A stretch of DNA of 64,000 nucleotides from Eledone cirrhosa. Lineage: Eukaryota. Under the pieces are notes generated by a model, which saw nothing but the letters and a program-made list of their open reading frames with translations, was not told where the DNA came from and searched no databases. This document shows, in pieces, positions 24,930 through 36,439 of the stretch (positions are counted from its first letter, which is position 1; each line of letters begins with the position of its first letter). The stretch lies in NCBI GenBank assembly GCA_964016885.1, contig OZ024754.1, positions 16,988,001 through 17,052,000 of the forward strand, written 5' to 3'. Made by a program: the position numbers and the translations under genes.

Positions 24930-25816
24930 TCATCATCATCCTCAGTACTGTTTTACATCAATGTCTCCACGCTAGCATGGGTTAGACGGGTTGTCCTGTA
25001 GTGGGCAATGCCAGGTCAGATGACCATGTGTTGCTCATACACGACTGATTTTGGCTTGGTTTCTACAGCTGGATGCCCTTCCTAACACTAACCTCATATA
25101 CAGTGAGTACTGGGTGCTTTTTTACCATGGTGCCTACATGACCACTTTACAGAGTGGACTGGGTGCTTTTTGTCGTGACACCTACATGATGACTTTACAG
25201 TGGGAGGAACATAGGGGCGTATTGTCTATATACTTCAGCTTCAGCTTGTACCTGTGCGATGTCGGCTTTTCTGTATTACTGTGTAATGCCAGAGGTCTTG
25301 GTCCTGTGTCATCGCTTTTGAGAGGTGCAATTGGGCAAGGTTAGTTTTTATCAGCTCATTCCAGGTCTTCTTGGGTCTCCCCACTCCAAGGCTTCCATCG
25401 ACTTTTAGTGCTCTGCACCTTTTTATGCAACTGTCATCCTTCATACACATCACATGTCCATACCAACGCAATCTCCTCTCCTGCACACATTTGATTCCTC
25501 TTATGCTTATTCTCTCTCTTAATTCGTTTATGCTTTGCTGTTCGCATATATTACTATTACTCATCCATCGGAGCATGCAAGCTTCGTTTCTTTCTAATCT
25601 ATGCAAGTCTTCTCTACACAACACCCAGGTCACACTGCCATGTAATATTGTTCTTCATATGCACACATTATACAGTCTGCTTTTCATTTTGAGGGTAAAG
25701 CCTTTTGTAGCAAGCAGTGGTAGTAGCTCTCTGAACTTGCAAAACACCCCCTCCGCTGGTAATTCGGTCACTTAGATAACAGAAGCTGTCTACTGTTTCT
25801 ACAGAACCCTCTCAGG
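24930..25816 (-). mobile_element. RTE LINE 3' fragment, degenerate
   Basis: ORF 25241-25633 [13 protein letters not shown]...RRLRWYGHV...GRPKKTW, plus 3' UTR and (GAT)n tail. Confidence 0.9.
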
Positions 25817-27645
25817 CTAAACAATGCAAAATGGACGATAAGATGGCGGTAAAGAAAAACTTAGTTACCTGTTAACCTTTGTTTGTTTTTGTTGATGTTT
25901 CTTTTGTCCTAATATTTTGGGTCCTAAAATTCACTTCATCAGAGAATAAGGAACTCAGAGAAACAATTTTGTTTTATGTGGAATAGGCTGATCCAAAATA
26001 TATTTCATATGGTTTTCTAAATCTGTTCTGGCTACTAGAAGATGTTGGTTGAGAATATAATACTTTGTATGTTCCACTAAATCTGATTGGGCTACTGGCA
26101 TTCAAGCTCTCAATGTTTTGACATTTTGGGTGTCTTTTTCCTTTTGCAATATTGGCATGAACTCCTATTTGAAGGTTTTTAACATTGCTATATGTTAAGT
26201 GGTTTAATAGTTGTCTTGAAGGTTTTACTTATATTAATTTACTATTTAACATTGTTATATGTTAGATAATTAAATGGTTGTTTTCCATGTTTACCAGATA
26301 TATTTTCATCCTGTTATTCTTTCAGTTAATCTTTCTAATATTTTATGATACAATTTTACAAAGGTAGATATGAAGGGAGATGGCCAACAAGATAAAGTAA
26401 TGGACTATATATTCATGTGTCATGAGTTCATATTTGTTAATGGCTGGCTTTTCATTGCTTTTTAAGACCACTTTATTTCACATCACCTCAGTCTACTTAG
26501 CTTTTGAGAATAAAGTCTCTTCTCTGTTCTCATCTCTGTTCAACTTGTCAGTGTATTTTTATTCTGATTACTGTTTATTGATTCATTGATGGCTAATGTT
26601 AAACAGTCTGTTTTATTTGGAATGCATTATTTATTTATTGGATTTCTAGTGCAAAACGCAGAAATACACCATGTCCAGATAGTTACTTGAGATATATTTC
26701 AGTTTCACTTCCTACATGTGTGTTCTTAAAAAGCACAATTGTCATTCATTAATGCTTTTATTTCCTGAGTGTCTTACTCAATAACATTTTACTGTTAGAC
26801 TAGCTGTAATGTCTTTGTACTAGGCATTTTAAAGAAACTCAAGAAACTCTGTAGATTTCAAAGAATTCTCTTTTAAAATCTTTTGTTGACATATGGCTTT
26901 TAATGAAAAACCATAGATGCATTCTAAATTCTAATGTTGCAACTATGTTACTACCAAACATGCTTCGCTTTATTTCTAGAACTAGATTTAAAATAAATTT
27001 GTGACTAATTTTCAAAAGATAATGAAAATATCCATAGTTACTTCTTTAAATTTAGTTTGCTGTTTATTGCAGTTTTTTTAAGGTCAGTTATTGATAAATA
27101 TATCACACAAACTTTTTATTTAAAATGACAGTTGTTTGAATGCATAATTGATAATCAAATCTGCTTTATCAGCTATCTATTATTATCATTTCTTTATTTG
27201 GGTTTTGTCTTTCAGCCACTTTTATTGTCTTTCCATGAAATGCATTTTCAAGATGTAGAAAACATAATTTTTCAAGAACAATATAATTAATTTATTCATT
27301 GTAATTAGTAACTTGGAGAACTCGTTCATAGTAACTTTGATGAAGTAAAACTTTAAAATCAATTTTGTAATGATCTATTAAACATATTGTGTTTTTAGTT
27401 TTTTAAAGATATTTTTGACTAAAAAATGTTTTTGATAGTTGTATTATGTATTACCAATTTTTACTTTTCTTTACTGTTAAGCTTTGAATTATTCTTGTAA
27501 ACTACTTTTATTACATATTTTTCTATATACTAGTTATTGATTACATCTTTAACGCCTGCTTGATTTGTATGCTATTTTATTTCTTAATTTTTTTCTTTCA
27601 AGAAAACTTTAATTTTAAATTTATTTTTTTATTCTTATTTTATAG

Positions 27646-27725
27646 TGCCAACGAGCTTGGATTGAGAGAGTCTTTTATAAACGAGAATGTATTAAGTTTA
27701 TCCCAAGTTCCAGAGATCACTCAAA
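27646..27725 (+). CDS. TRPM: TRPM-family (TRPM1/3-like) cation channel, N-terminal coding exon (80 bp, phase 0 to phase 2)
   Basis: Acceptor ttcttattttatag at 27645 and donor gtaagt at 27726. Translates CQRAWIERVFYKRECIKFIPSSRDHS(K), matching the WIExxFxKREC motif that opens TRPM1/3 and invertebrate TRPM. Splices in frame to 29916. This frame is absent from the ORF track. Confidence 0.93.
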
Positions 27726-27807
27726 GTAAGTCAAGCTTTTATTTTACCAAATAATATGGAATTTTAAATGTATGTTTCCTAACATAGGTGACTATAATAA
27801 TTCTTTC

Positions 27808-28062
27808 TAACAGTGGCACAATGACCAACAATTTGGGGATAGGGGAAATTGATTATACCCACCCCACTGGTACTTTATTTTATCAATCTCTGGAAGGATG
27901 ATAGGCAAAGTTAACCTTGGTGGTGTAAAAAGCTGGTATTTTATTTTATCAACCTTAGAACGATGACAGACCAAGTTAACCTTGGTGGGATTTGAAATCA
28001 GAATGGAAAGAGCTGCTAAATATTTGTCTGATGTTCCACTGACTCTGTCAATCCACCATCTA
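27808..28062 (-). mobile_element. Degenerate S1 SINE in the TRPM intron
   Basis: ctggtactttattttatcaa..gaaggatgataggcaaagttaacct, the reverse complement of the S1 core, partly duplicated. Confidence 0.65.
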
Positions 28063-28578
28063 TGACTACAATAACAATACTCAATGTCTATAAATATTAT
28101 GTTCTGAAATTAATGCTGGCATTTAAAAATTAAAATTCAACAATATATCTCAGTCCAGAATAAACTTTATTGACTGAAATAAAAGCCAATAGATTCCACG
28201 CATTTTTATTTATTCCAATACTATCAAATTCCAAAGATTTGTAGACAATATATTAAAAATATATTCTTTTCATAAAGGCTGAAGATTGATGGTGCATGTG
28301 AGATTAATCTGCTATGATAAATTGGTTACCATCATGAAACTCTGAGTACCAACAAAAACATATTCTTAGTTGCCATGTATTTTAAATAATATATAGTACC
28401 TCTATGTTTACATAGATAATAATCTACACTCAGATATAAATAAATAAGCATTTATGTGTAAACAATATATGGAATGTATGAGCAAGTTGTGTTTCTAGTC
28501 TTGGCCCATAACAACCTGTTCAATTCCAGCCATCTTGGTAAATATGTAAAATGATGATTATATATTTATATATATATA

Positions 28579-29713
28579 CTAGCAGTGTATCCCGGCGTTG
28601 CACAGGTAAGAACATTGGTAATAGCACCTCCAATGAGAAACGTTTATTTGTGAATGTCTGTTAAAAACTCACGAAAATATACCAACAGGAAACTTGTTTT
28701 ATTTGGAGAAAATTAAGAAGTTGAAAGTACAGTTCAGCTGTCTACGGGCATTGTTCATAGAAATATTGTTGAGCCCCTTCTTTTCATACTCCTCTGTTTT
28801 GGCCTTTTGGAGTAAATGTGAAAGAGAAAGTCACAGGTTAAGTTGGCAGAAGGTTCCAGTGCAATAGCAGTAAGGCGTAGGTTACTTACCTCAAAAGTTC
28901 ATTCGCACTCTTTCCACTAAGTTACTCGTTCTCTCTATCCCTCTCGGTGCAGTCCCTTGCGAATTTCTCGCGTAGGCCTGGTGTAGATTTGCACCCAATC
29001 CATCTTCCCGATGCACATGTCCGCTTTGTACGGCTTTTGGAGGAAGGAGTGACCAGCAGTACGTTGTTCGGTATTATTATGAAAAGGTGTAGCAGAGAAC
29101 TAACAGCTCGGGAGGAAACTGCTTACCTCGAAGATTCATTCGCCAACGCTCTGTTTAGTTGGTATTTGTTGGTCTACAGTTAGATGACTGGCGCACAAAG
29201 GGTTAATGTTTATTGGCAAGAAGTGCAACTGGGCTGGCTTGCCTCACTTATATTATATATTAAAATAACAGATTAAAATTTAAGCAAAGAATCGCTGCTT
29301 TCACCCTTAACGGGATCTTCTGAAACTAAAAAAATCAATCTGTGAACGCAGAAGTAAATATTTCAAAAAACGTTGCAACCGAAGGAAAACAGGAAGATGA
29401 TACTTTGATTCGTGAAGACGTTCCCTGTCAATGAACGGAAAATAGTGAACATAATACACCATAAATGTTTATCATAATGTTGTAATGCAGACAGCTAGGC
29501 ATACAGACAGATATCATAAGGGCTCGACGGAGATAGATAACCGGCACCTAACAAGAAAATTGAAAAATAAAAGCTGCAGTTAATATCTTTAGACAGCAAG
29601 GAATATATAAATGCAAGTTTGAAGTCAATCTGAGTAGAATTGTAGATTTGTATAGACTTCGCAAAAATGAGGGGACACACACAGACAACTACGGTTTTAT
29701 ATATATGTATAGA
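28579..29713 (-). mobile_element. Non-autonomous Helitron in the TRPM intron
   Basis: Minus strand A|TCtatacatatatataaaaccgtagttgtctg ... cctgtgcaacgccggg atacactg CTAG|T, i.e. 5'-TC, subterminal GC hairpin, 3'-CTAG and an A/T target. The termini match 33020-33796. Confidence 0.85.
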
Positions 29714-29915
29714 TATTCCACAAAGCGAGCTTTGTAAAAGTTTGGTGAAGAAATCGAATATTTATTTTGTCCCTTGAACAACAGGTTATGTGCCAGTTTC
29801 TATGACAACATGCTATCACAATTTGAAAGATGATACTGCCAAAAAATAAATGTTACTGTAACCCACAAAATGCAAGACTGTTTATTCTCCTATCATTTTT
29901 TCAAACTCATTTCAG

Positions 29916-30081
29916 ATGTTGTTGTGGACGGGAAGAAGATAGGCATGTAGCCCTTACACGAGAAATTGCTGCTGACTATACAGAAGAACGCTGGCATCCA
30001 CTCCGCCACACTGAAGTGAAAGCAACTGATGCTTATGGAACCATAGAATTTCAGGGAGCCCCACATCCTAGTAAAGCTCAG
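29916..30081 (+). CDS. TRPM: TRPM-family (TRPM1/3-like) cation channel, next coding exon (166 bp, phase 2 to phase 0), start of the MHR1/2 region
   Basis: Acceptor ctcatttcag at 29915 and donor cag|gtaaat at 30082. Translates CCCGREEDRHVALTREIAADYTEERWHPLRHTEVKATDAYGTIEFQGAPHPSKAQ. CCCG and TDAYGTIEFQG..H..KAQ are hallmark TRPM motifs. Confidence 0.95.
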
Positions 30082-30985
30082 GTAAATCACTTCAATTTGT
30101 TATTATTAACCATTGCTTGTTGTTGGGAATGTATTCAGCCTTATCCATATTACTAAACAAGACTATACTGCATTTGTTTTTTAATTAGCAAAGTAATATG
30201 CCTTGCTAATGTGGTTTCATGTGGTAGAAGTTAAAACCTATTTTTCTCAGTCAAGAAACATGTGTTAAAGCAGATTACTTTAAACTAACATATATTCAAA
30301 ATTCAAAATTTGTTCAAAACTTCGTAAATACTGTTGAGTATACAATATTGTGTTTATATATATATCTCTTTCTCCCATACTGAACAAGTTTGGTTTCCAG
30401 ATGTTACTGTCTCTCCATTTCTATGCAAACACAAAATGTATACAAGCAAAATAAATCACTTTGTTAGGGCATAGTTCTTTAGTTGTTTTGAAAACTTCCA
30501 TTTACTTAAAAATGGATATCAAAGCAGCAACAATATGTTTGAAGTAATTCGAAAAATATAACTCCAAAAGTTCATAAGTTTGGTAAAGTGTTTGCTACAT
30601 TCTTAAGAAGGAAACTGGTGTAAAAGGAGGGGGTGGGAGAATCAAACTTTTAATTGATTTTCAATATAATTCTTCATCATCTCACTCTAAATGATAGGTG
30701 GTGCGTTTGTTGAACTGTGGTTTAAAAAAAAAAATTGTTTGATATAATTTTATCTGAAATAGTTATTAGTATTACTATGCCATTCAGAGCTGTGGATATC
30801 TGTATTTCTTTAATCTGTGAATCAATAAATTTGTCCTTGATATAATATAATCACCCATACCAGTTCAGTAATGTGTGTTATAGTGTATTACTGTCTTGCC
30901 ATGTTAAAAGAATCTTGTATTTGAAAGACATTGGTTGGTAAAATAGTTTATAGTGTTACAGTTTATTACCATCTTGTCATGTTAA

Positions 30986-31190
30986 CTCATTAACATTTAA
31001 ACTGGCCATATCTGGCCAGAATTCTCTCATCTCTTTTTGCTCAAACTGGCCATAACCAGCTGCTCATACTAATGTTAAGGTATTGTTCTCAAAATAAATA
31101 TCAAAATCTCATAGATTCAATATTATGTGAGATAAAGCATTTACTATGAAAATACAGTAGTAAATATAGAGTAATATAAATGCTAAAGGG
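30986..31190. mobile_element. piggyBac-type MITE inserted at TTAA within a short tandem repeat
   Basis: TTAA at 30982-30985 and 31191-31194. The body matches 4216-4420. Confidence 0.85.
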
Positions 31191-32677
31191 TTAAAAGAAT
31201 CTTGTATTAGAGAGACTGTGGTTGATAAAATACTTTAGTTTTATAGTTTATTACTATCTTGTCATGTTAAAAGAATCTTATGCTTGACAGACGTTGGTAA
31301 AGTAGTTTAAAATTATTGAATTTTTTTAAAAACTGATATAATGTTTATATTTTTCTTTCATTACAACCCTCTAACATTTAAGGAAAATATTAAGAATAAC
31401 TTTAAATTACTTAGCTGTATACACTTGTGATTTTAATCATAAAACATATTTTATCAAAAAATTCCATTTATTTTAACAATATATTGAATAAATTTGCATT
31501 ATTTTACCCCAAACCATTATTCTCCAAACATTTTTGTCATATTTGTCATATTTAAATATATAGAGCCTTCCAAACCATCAAACTTTCAGTTCTTATATTC
31601 TGTAAGATATTTGGTGACAAGAAAGGTATCTAGCTGCAGAAACCATGCAAAAAATGGGTTGGGAGGACTTTTCAGTTGTGTCAAGAGCATGGCGATCTCT
31701 CTTGTGTTAGTGATCTACATGATAAGTACACCCAGTATATCTATATATACATTTGAGTGACTTCCGTCTGTCCGTTTGTCCTAGATTGTAAACTGAGGAT
31801 GGTTATAGAGGGGATGTTATATATTCTAAGATATTATAACCTACATATCACCTTATGTAAGCAGAGTACAGACCCCATGGCCTGTCTGGGATGTCAGTAG
31901 CCCCACTTCAATACTGACATGGTCTATGTAGACCTGTCCAACCCTTGCTAGCAAGGAAAGTGGACATTAAATGATGATGATGATAAGGTGTTGGACTTAT
32001 ATTAAAAGAAAGCAAATACAATAAAAAACAATTCATTTAATAACCCAAAGGGTTTAAGGTTTGATTTATATTTTCAAGTGATGAAAATAATTAATTTTGT
32101 GGGGTTTTTGATTACATTTTTTTTTAAAGTGTATTTTTCACATTTGTTCATAATGAATTTTGTTAAGATTGACCAAGTGTTGAAATATTTCTACGAGAAA
32201 TAGTCATCAGATTCCCAGTGCTAAAAACGTTCTTCTATCAATTAATTACAATGCAAATAAAAATAGATATATGAATATTTTATTTCAGTAAGTGCCTTGG
32301 GAAATAACTCTCACATATATCCTATTTATATTCTAAATTCTTCATTTAAAACTATATTGTTATTTGTCTTAGATAACTTGTTTTAAAAAGATTAATTATT
32401 CCATTTAGAATTAAATTCAGGGGAATGTTTCATAAAATATTCTGAGGTAATACATAATGTTTTTTATTATTGCAATCAATTCCATAAAACATGATCCTTA
32501 TATATATGTATATATTTATTAAAATAACAAATTAAAGTTTAAGCAAAGAACCGCAAAGTTGAAAGCAGCGATTCTTTCATCTGTTATTTTAATAAATATT
32601 TGCTCTAAGGTTCTTATATATTTGATATATATTTTTCCTTATCGAGCCCTCTTTGGATTTTAGTCTTCAAATTTATT

Positions 32678-32743
<66 letters not shown>

Positions 32744-32746
<3 letters not shown>

Positions 32747-32997
32747 AGGCACATGGCTTAGTGATTAGAGCATTGGGCTTGTAATTGAAAGGTTGTGAGT
32801 TCAATTCTCAGGCCAGGTGATGTGTTGTTTCCTTGAGCAAGACACTTTATTTCACATTGCTCCAGTTTACTCAGCTGTAGAAATGAGATGATAGGACTGG
32901 GGTCCCTATCATTCCACTGCAAAATGGGCGTGGAGGTGCCACGGCAAAAAAGCACCCAGCACTCACTGTAAATGAGGTTGGTGTTAGGAAGGGCATG
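32744..32997 (+). mobile_element. S2 SINE head joined to RTE-type 3' UTR sequence
   Basis: 32744-32885 is the reverse complement of 9835-9975. 32910-32997 matches the RTE subfamily C 3' UTR (gtggaggtgccacggc..gcactcactgtaaatgaggttggtgttaggaagggcat). Confidence 0.72.
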
Positions 32998-33019
32998 TAT
33001 ATATATCTATATATATATA

Positions 33020-33796
33020 TCTATATATATAAAACTGTGGTTGTCTGTCTGTCTATCGATTTTTGGCACACATCTCCTCTTAGAATCTCTCACGGAATTG
33101 CACCGAAATTGCTATACTTGTACATTGAGCCCTAGCGAAGACATCGGAAAAAAAAAAATTTCAAATTGACCCACCCTATGTGACGAAATCGAATATGATG
33201 TATCGATTTTTGAGCGTAAGTTATCAGTTATTTCCCTTTGTTCTGTTTACATTGAGCGTCTTACGTAAAAAATTACGCTGGCTTTCTCACGAGCCAGCAA
33301 AATATTGACCTGCAAAATTCATCAGTTCGAACACTAAGCTTCCGTTTTGCTTCATTTCCATTTAAAAGCATTTTAAAACAATATTTTTACTTGAAAACAA
33401 GTCTATTTAAAGACTACGTAAAACAAGCAAATATTTCAGGCGTGCAGACAGACAGTCGTGCAGAGAGGTGATATAGGCGTGCAGACAGACATAACTGATA
33501 ATTTGGTTACGCTAATGTTTTTCTCTGCGTTGCAGTGTTTACATTTTCGATCTTTGTTAATAAATAACCAGTGCAGTTTTTATCCCCAGCATCCTCTTTT
33601 GTTATAACATTCGGGTTATCGTTATGTTTTCTTAACTTCATAAGGCATATTGTTGGTTGAGGGAATATTAATCAAAAACACCACATGCAAGTCTGCACAG
33701 TAGACACTACAGTTTTTAAACCAAAAAAGAAACTTAACATTGTAACTTTAACACAGCTACTGAGCGACCCCGAGCAACGCCGGGCTTTACTGCTAG
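33020..33796 (+). mobile_element. Non-autonomous Helitron
   Basis: A|TCtatatatataaaactgtggttgtctgtctgtc ... cccgagcaacgccggg ctttactg CTAG|T. Confidence 0.87.
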
Positions 33797-35138
33797 TATA
33801 CTATAAAGCTGACAGCCGTATGTAGGTACAAACTTTCCGCCAAACGGCTGGACAACAGCACCAAATTTGTACCATAGATTCAACTTTTTCCAAGTAAAAA
33901 AGTGAGGGTATTTTTGTCTGCTGAATTTTGTTAAAAGATTAAAGGCATTATTTAAATATTCACTTCTTTAAAATTTCAAATGTCAACTCTTCCGATTATA
34001 CGTCATTCCTCACATTTTCTTATGACGTCGCACAACATTCCCCTATTTTTCTTAGTCTGTATGACTGCATTAGATAACGTTTTTCGAAATATTTACTTCT
34101 GCATTCACAGACTGATTTTTTTATTTTCAGAAGATTCCGTTAAAGGTGAAAGCAGCGATTCTTTGCTTAAACTTTAATCTGTTATTTTGATATATATATA
34201 TTCGTTTACAGATATTTTTACATACACAAAAACAAAAACCTATTTATTTCACAAAAGCACAGATGGCTTATCGTCATTGTTACTGTTCGAGGTTAGAGGA
34301 CCACAGTCTTTCCAAGATCTGAGAACCATCAATGGCCATCAATGTTCCACTTACCATTTGGCTTGCCAGATGCGTGGTATGTTACATGATGACAGCCATT
34401 GGCACCTCACCCTGCAAGAAGCAGCAACTGCTAAAGTCCCTTCTCAGCTGCGAAAACCTTTTGCTATTATGCTGCACAACTGCGATCTCGCTGACCCTCT
34501 TGCAACCACCACGAAAGTCTAGCTGAGGACATCCTCCACCGCACACGCAGACACAATCCAAACGTAACATACGATGGCGTTTTCAATGAGGCGCCCATTT
34601 TGTCTTGAAAACAGTGTTCTGGAGATTGGTGGTAGGCCTCTAAGTCACTACAGCTTACCTGCTCCTGACAGGAGTGTCCAGGTCAACGTCTACAGAGCTT
34701 CTCCGCGAGACGAGCTACGAGATCAGTGATTCTCCCATGGTCAATTGTATGTAGGATGCTCAAGGGTTAGCTCGCCAAACAATCTCTTCATCTTTGCTCC
34801 GGAGGGCCAAACAAAAAATACTGTATACTCTGAGGCTCTAACAATGTAATTTAAATATTTTCTGTTACTTGGAATTTCCATTATGGTTGACAAATTATTG
34901 TTTGTTAAAAAATGTGTTCTCTGTTCAGCCTTTCTTGTTGTAACTATCAATTTTCTTTAACGTACTGGCTGCTGAACTGGGGAATCCTAAAAACTATTCA
35001 AACTCAACATCAGAGCACGTTATCCCCCCGCTGACCTGAGAGGGCGTGCGGTATCTTTTCACTAGAGTGTAGGGGGGACTCCTGAAAAGATAAAATGCCC
35101 ATAAATATAGCCGGGCGCCAGCCGGACGAGCGAGTTAG
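33797..35138 (+). mobile_element. Internally deleted Helitron with RepHel remnants, in tandem with the preceding Helitron
   Basis: LLLFEVRGPQSFQDLRTINGHQCSTYHLACQMRGMLHDDSHW at about 34270-34500 and FSHGQLYVGCSRV..APEGQTKNTVYSEAL at about 34730-34845. The 3' hairpin ccgggcgccagccgg is followed by TTAG|T. Confidence 0.85.
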
Positions 35139-35382
35139 TATATATATATATACATATGAAGGGTTCATTTTACTGACATGGCTTTAAAAATGAGGCTTGT
35201 TTGCATAATTGCAAACGAAACAAATCAAATGTTATTATTAATATTCAAAAAACTCAGAATACATCTATTGTATTCAGCCATGTAGAGCGACAATTTTTTT
35301 TTTAAATATATATATGTATATATACATATATATACATATATATACGTACACACATATATATATATATGTATTTGGTGTCACA

Positions 35383-35649
35383 ACATCCAGCCCGAAACAA
35401 ACGAGGTCGTGTAGGTGTCACGACAAAAAAACACAGTCCACGCTGTAATGTGGCCGTGTAGGCAACATGGTAAAAACCTCCCAGTTCCACACTGTAAATG
35501 TGGTTGGTGTTAGGAAGGGCATCCAGTTGTAGAAAAGCCACCAGACAGTCCTATGCGAGCAAGACAACCACTCTTGCCTCAAGTGGGAAAACCCCCGTCC
35601 AAACCCATGCAAGCGTGGAATATGGACGTTAAACGATGATGATGATGAT
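35383..35649 (+). mobile_element. RTE subfamily B 3' UTR fragment with (GAT)n tail
   Basis: Matches 14760-15029. Confidence 0.88.
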
Positions 35650-35667
35650 ATATATATATATATATAC

Positions 35668-35874
35668 GTAGGTCCCGGGTTGAGTCGGGGATAACCACAG
35701 TAAGTAAGGTACTCAATACATGGCAGAGTAAAATTTTTTTATTTTATAGAAGGAGCTTCTACAGGACTAGTACTGTTTCATTCAGATGAAATCTTCAGGA
35801 AGGTTTCATCTGAAGATTTCATCTGAATGAAACAGTACTAGTCCTGTAGAAGCTCCTTCTATAAAATAAAAAAA

Positions 35875-35876
<2 letters not shown>
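35668..35876 (-). mobile_element. Palindromic pLTR-like remnant (family H2) with hammerhead cores on both strands (35754-35802 -, 35810-35854 +)
   Basis: CTGAAGA tttcatctgaat GAAA cagtactagtcctg TA gaagc, in hairpin 35734-35876, flanked by (TA)n. Confidence 0.8.
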
Positions 35877-35906
<30 letters not shown>

Positions 35907-35921
35907 CATATGTATGTAGAT

Positions 35922-36125
35922 ATCATCATCGTCATCATTTTATGACCAATTTTCCGTGCTTGTAAGGGTGGGACGGGTTAAGCACAGCATCTCTCCATTC
36001 GTCACAGCCCTTTGTCATCTCCACCGTGAGCTTTAGTGATCTGAGGTCTGCTCTCACCACCTCCACCCATGTTTTTCGTGCTCTTCCTTGACTCCGTTTT
36101 CCTTCTACTGGGATTTCTTGGCACT
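35922..36125 (-). mobile_element. RTE subfamily A-like 3' end fragment
   Basis: Reverse complement resembles 6725-6930 and ends in (GAT)n. Confidence 0.8.
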
Positions 36126-36174
36126 ATGTGTGTGTTTATATATATATATATATATATAAGTTTTAATATAGATG

Positions 36175-36225
36175 AGATTCTACAGGACTAGAACTGTTTC
36201 ATTCTTTAGAAATCATCAGGAATCT
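36175..36225 (-). ncRNA. Hammerhead ribozyme motif (left arm of palindrome 36158-36457)
   Basis: Exact reverse complement of 36389-36439. Confidence 0.85.
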
Positions 36226-36388
36226 GGGTATCAATAAAAAAAATAAATAAAAATAAACTATAGCTTTGTAGAATTAGCTTTTAATGAATTCCCTTTTCTA
36301 TCAACCAATGACCTACACCCATCCCACTCCCCACCCTCTCCTACCACTTGTAGAGACCTATAAATACCATACTTATTTTTTGATACCC

Positions 36389-36439
36389 AGATTCCTGATG
36401 ATTTCTAAAGAATGAAACAGTTCTAGTCCTGTAGAATCT
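36389..36439 (+). ncRNA. Hammerhead ribozyme motif (family H2), predicted cleavage after GTA at 36433
   Basis: agattc CTGATGA t-ttc-taaa-gaa-t GAAA cag-ttctagtc-ctg TA gaatct, with a 6-bp stem I, 3-bp stem II and 4-bp stem III whose loop contains CTAG. Confidence 0.86.

Noticed and set aside
26370-26396. ATGAAGGGAGATGGCCAACAAGATAAA|gtaatg, a candidate phase-0 start exon for TRPM
   Set aside because: Phase-compatible with 27646 but too short and without homology. It needs transcript evidence.
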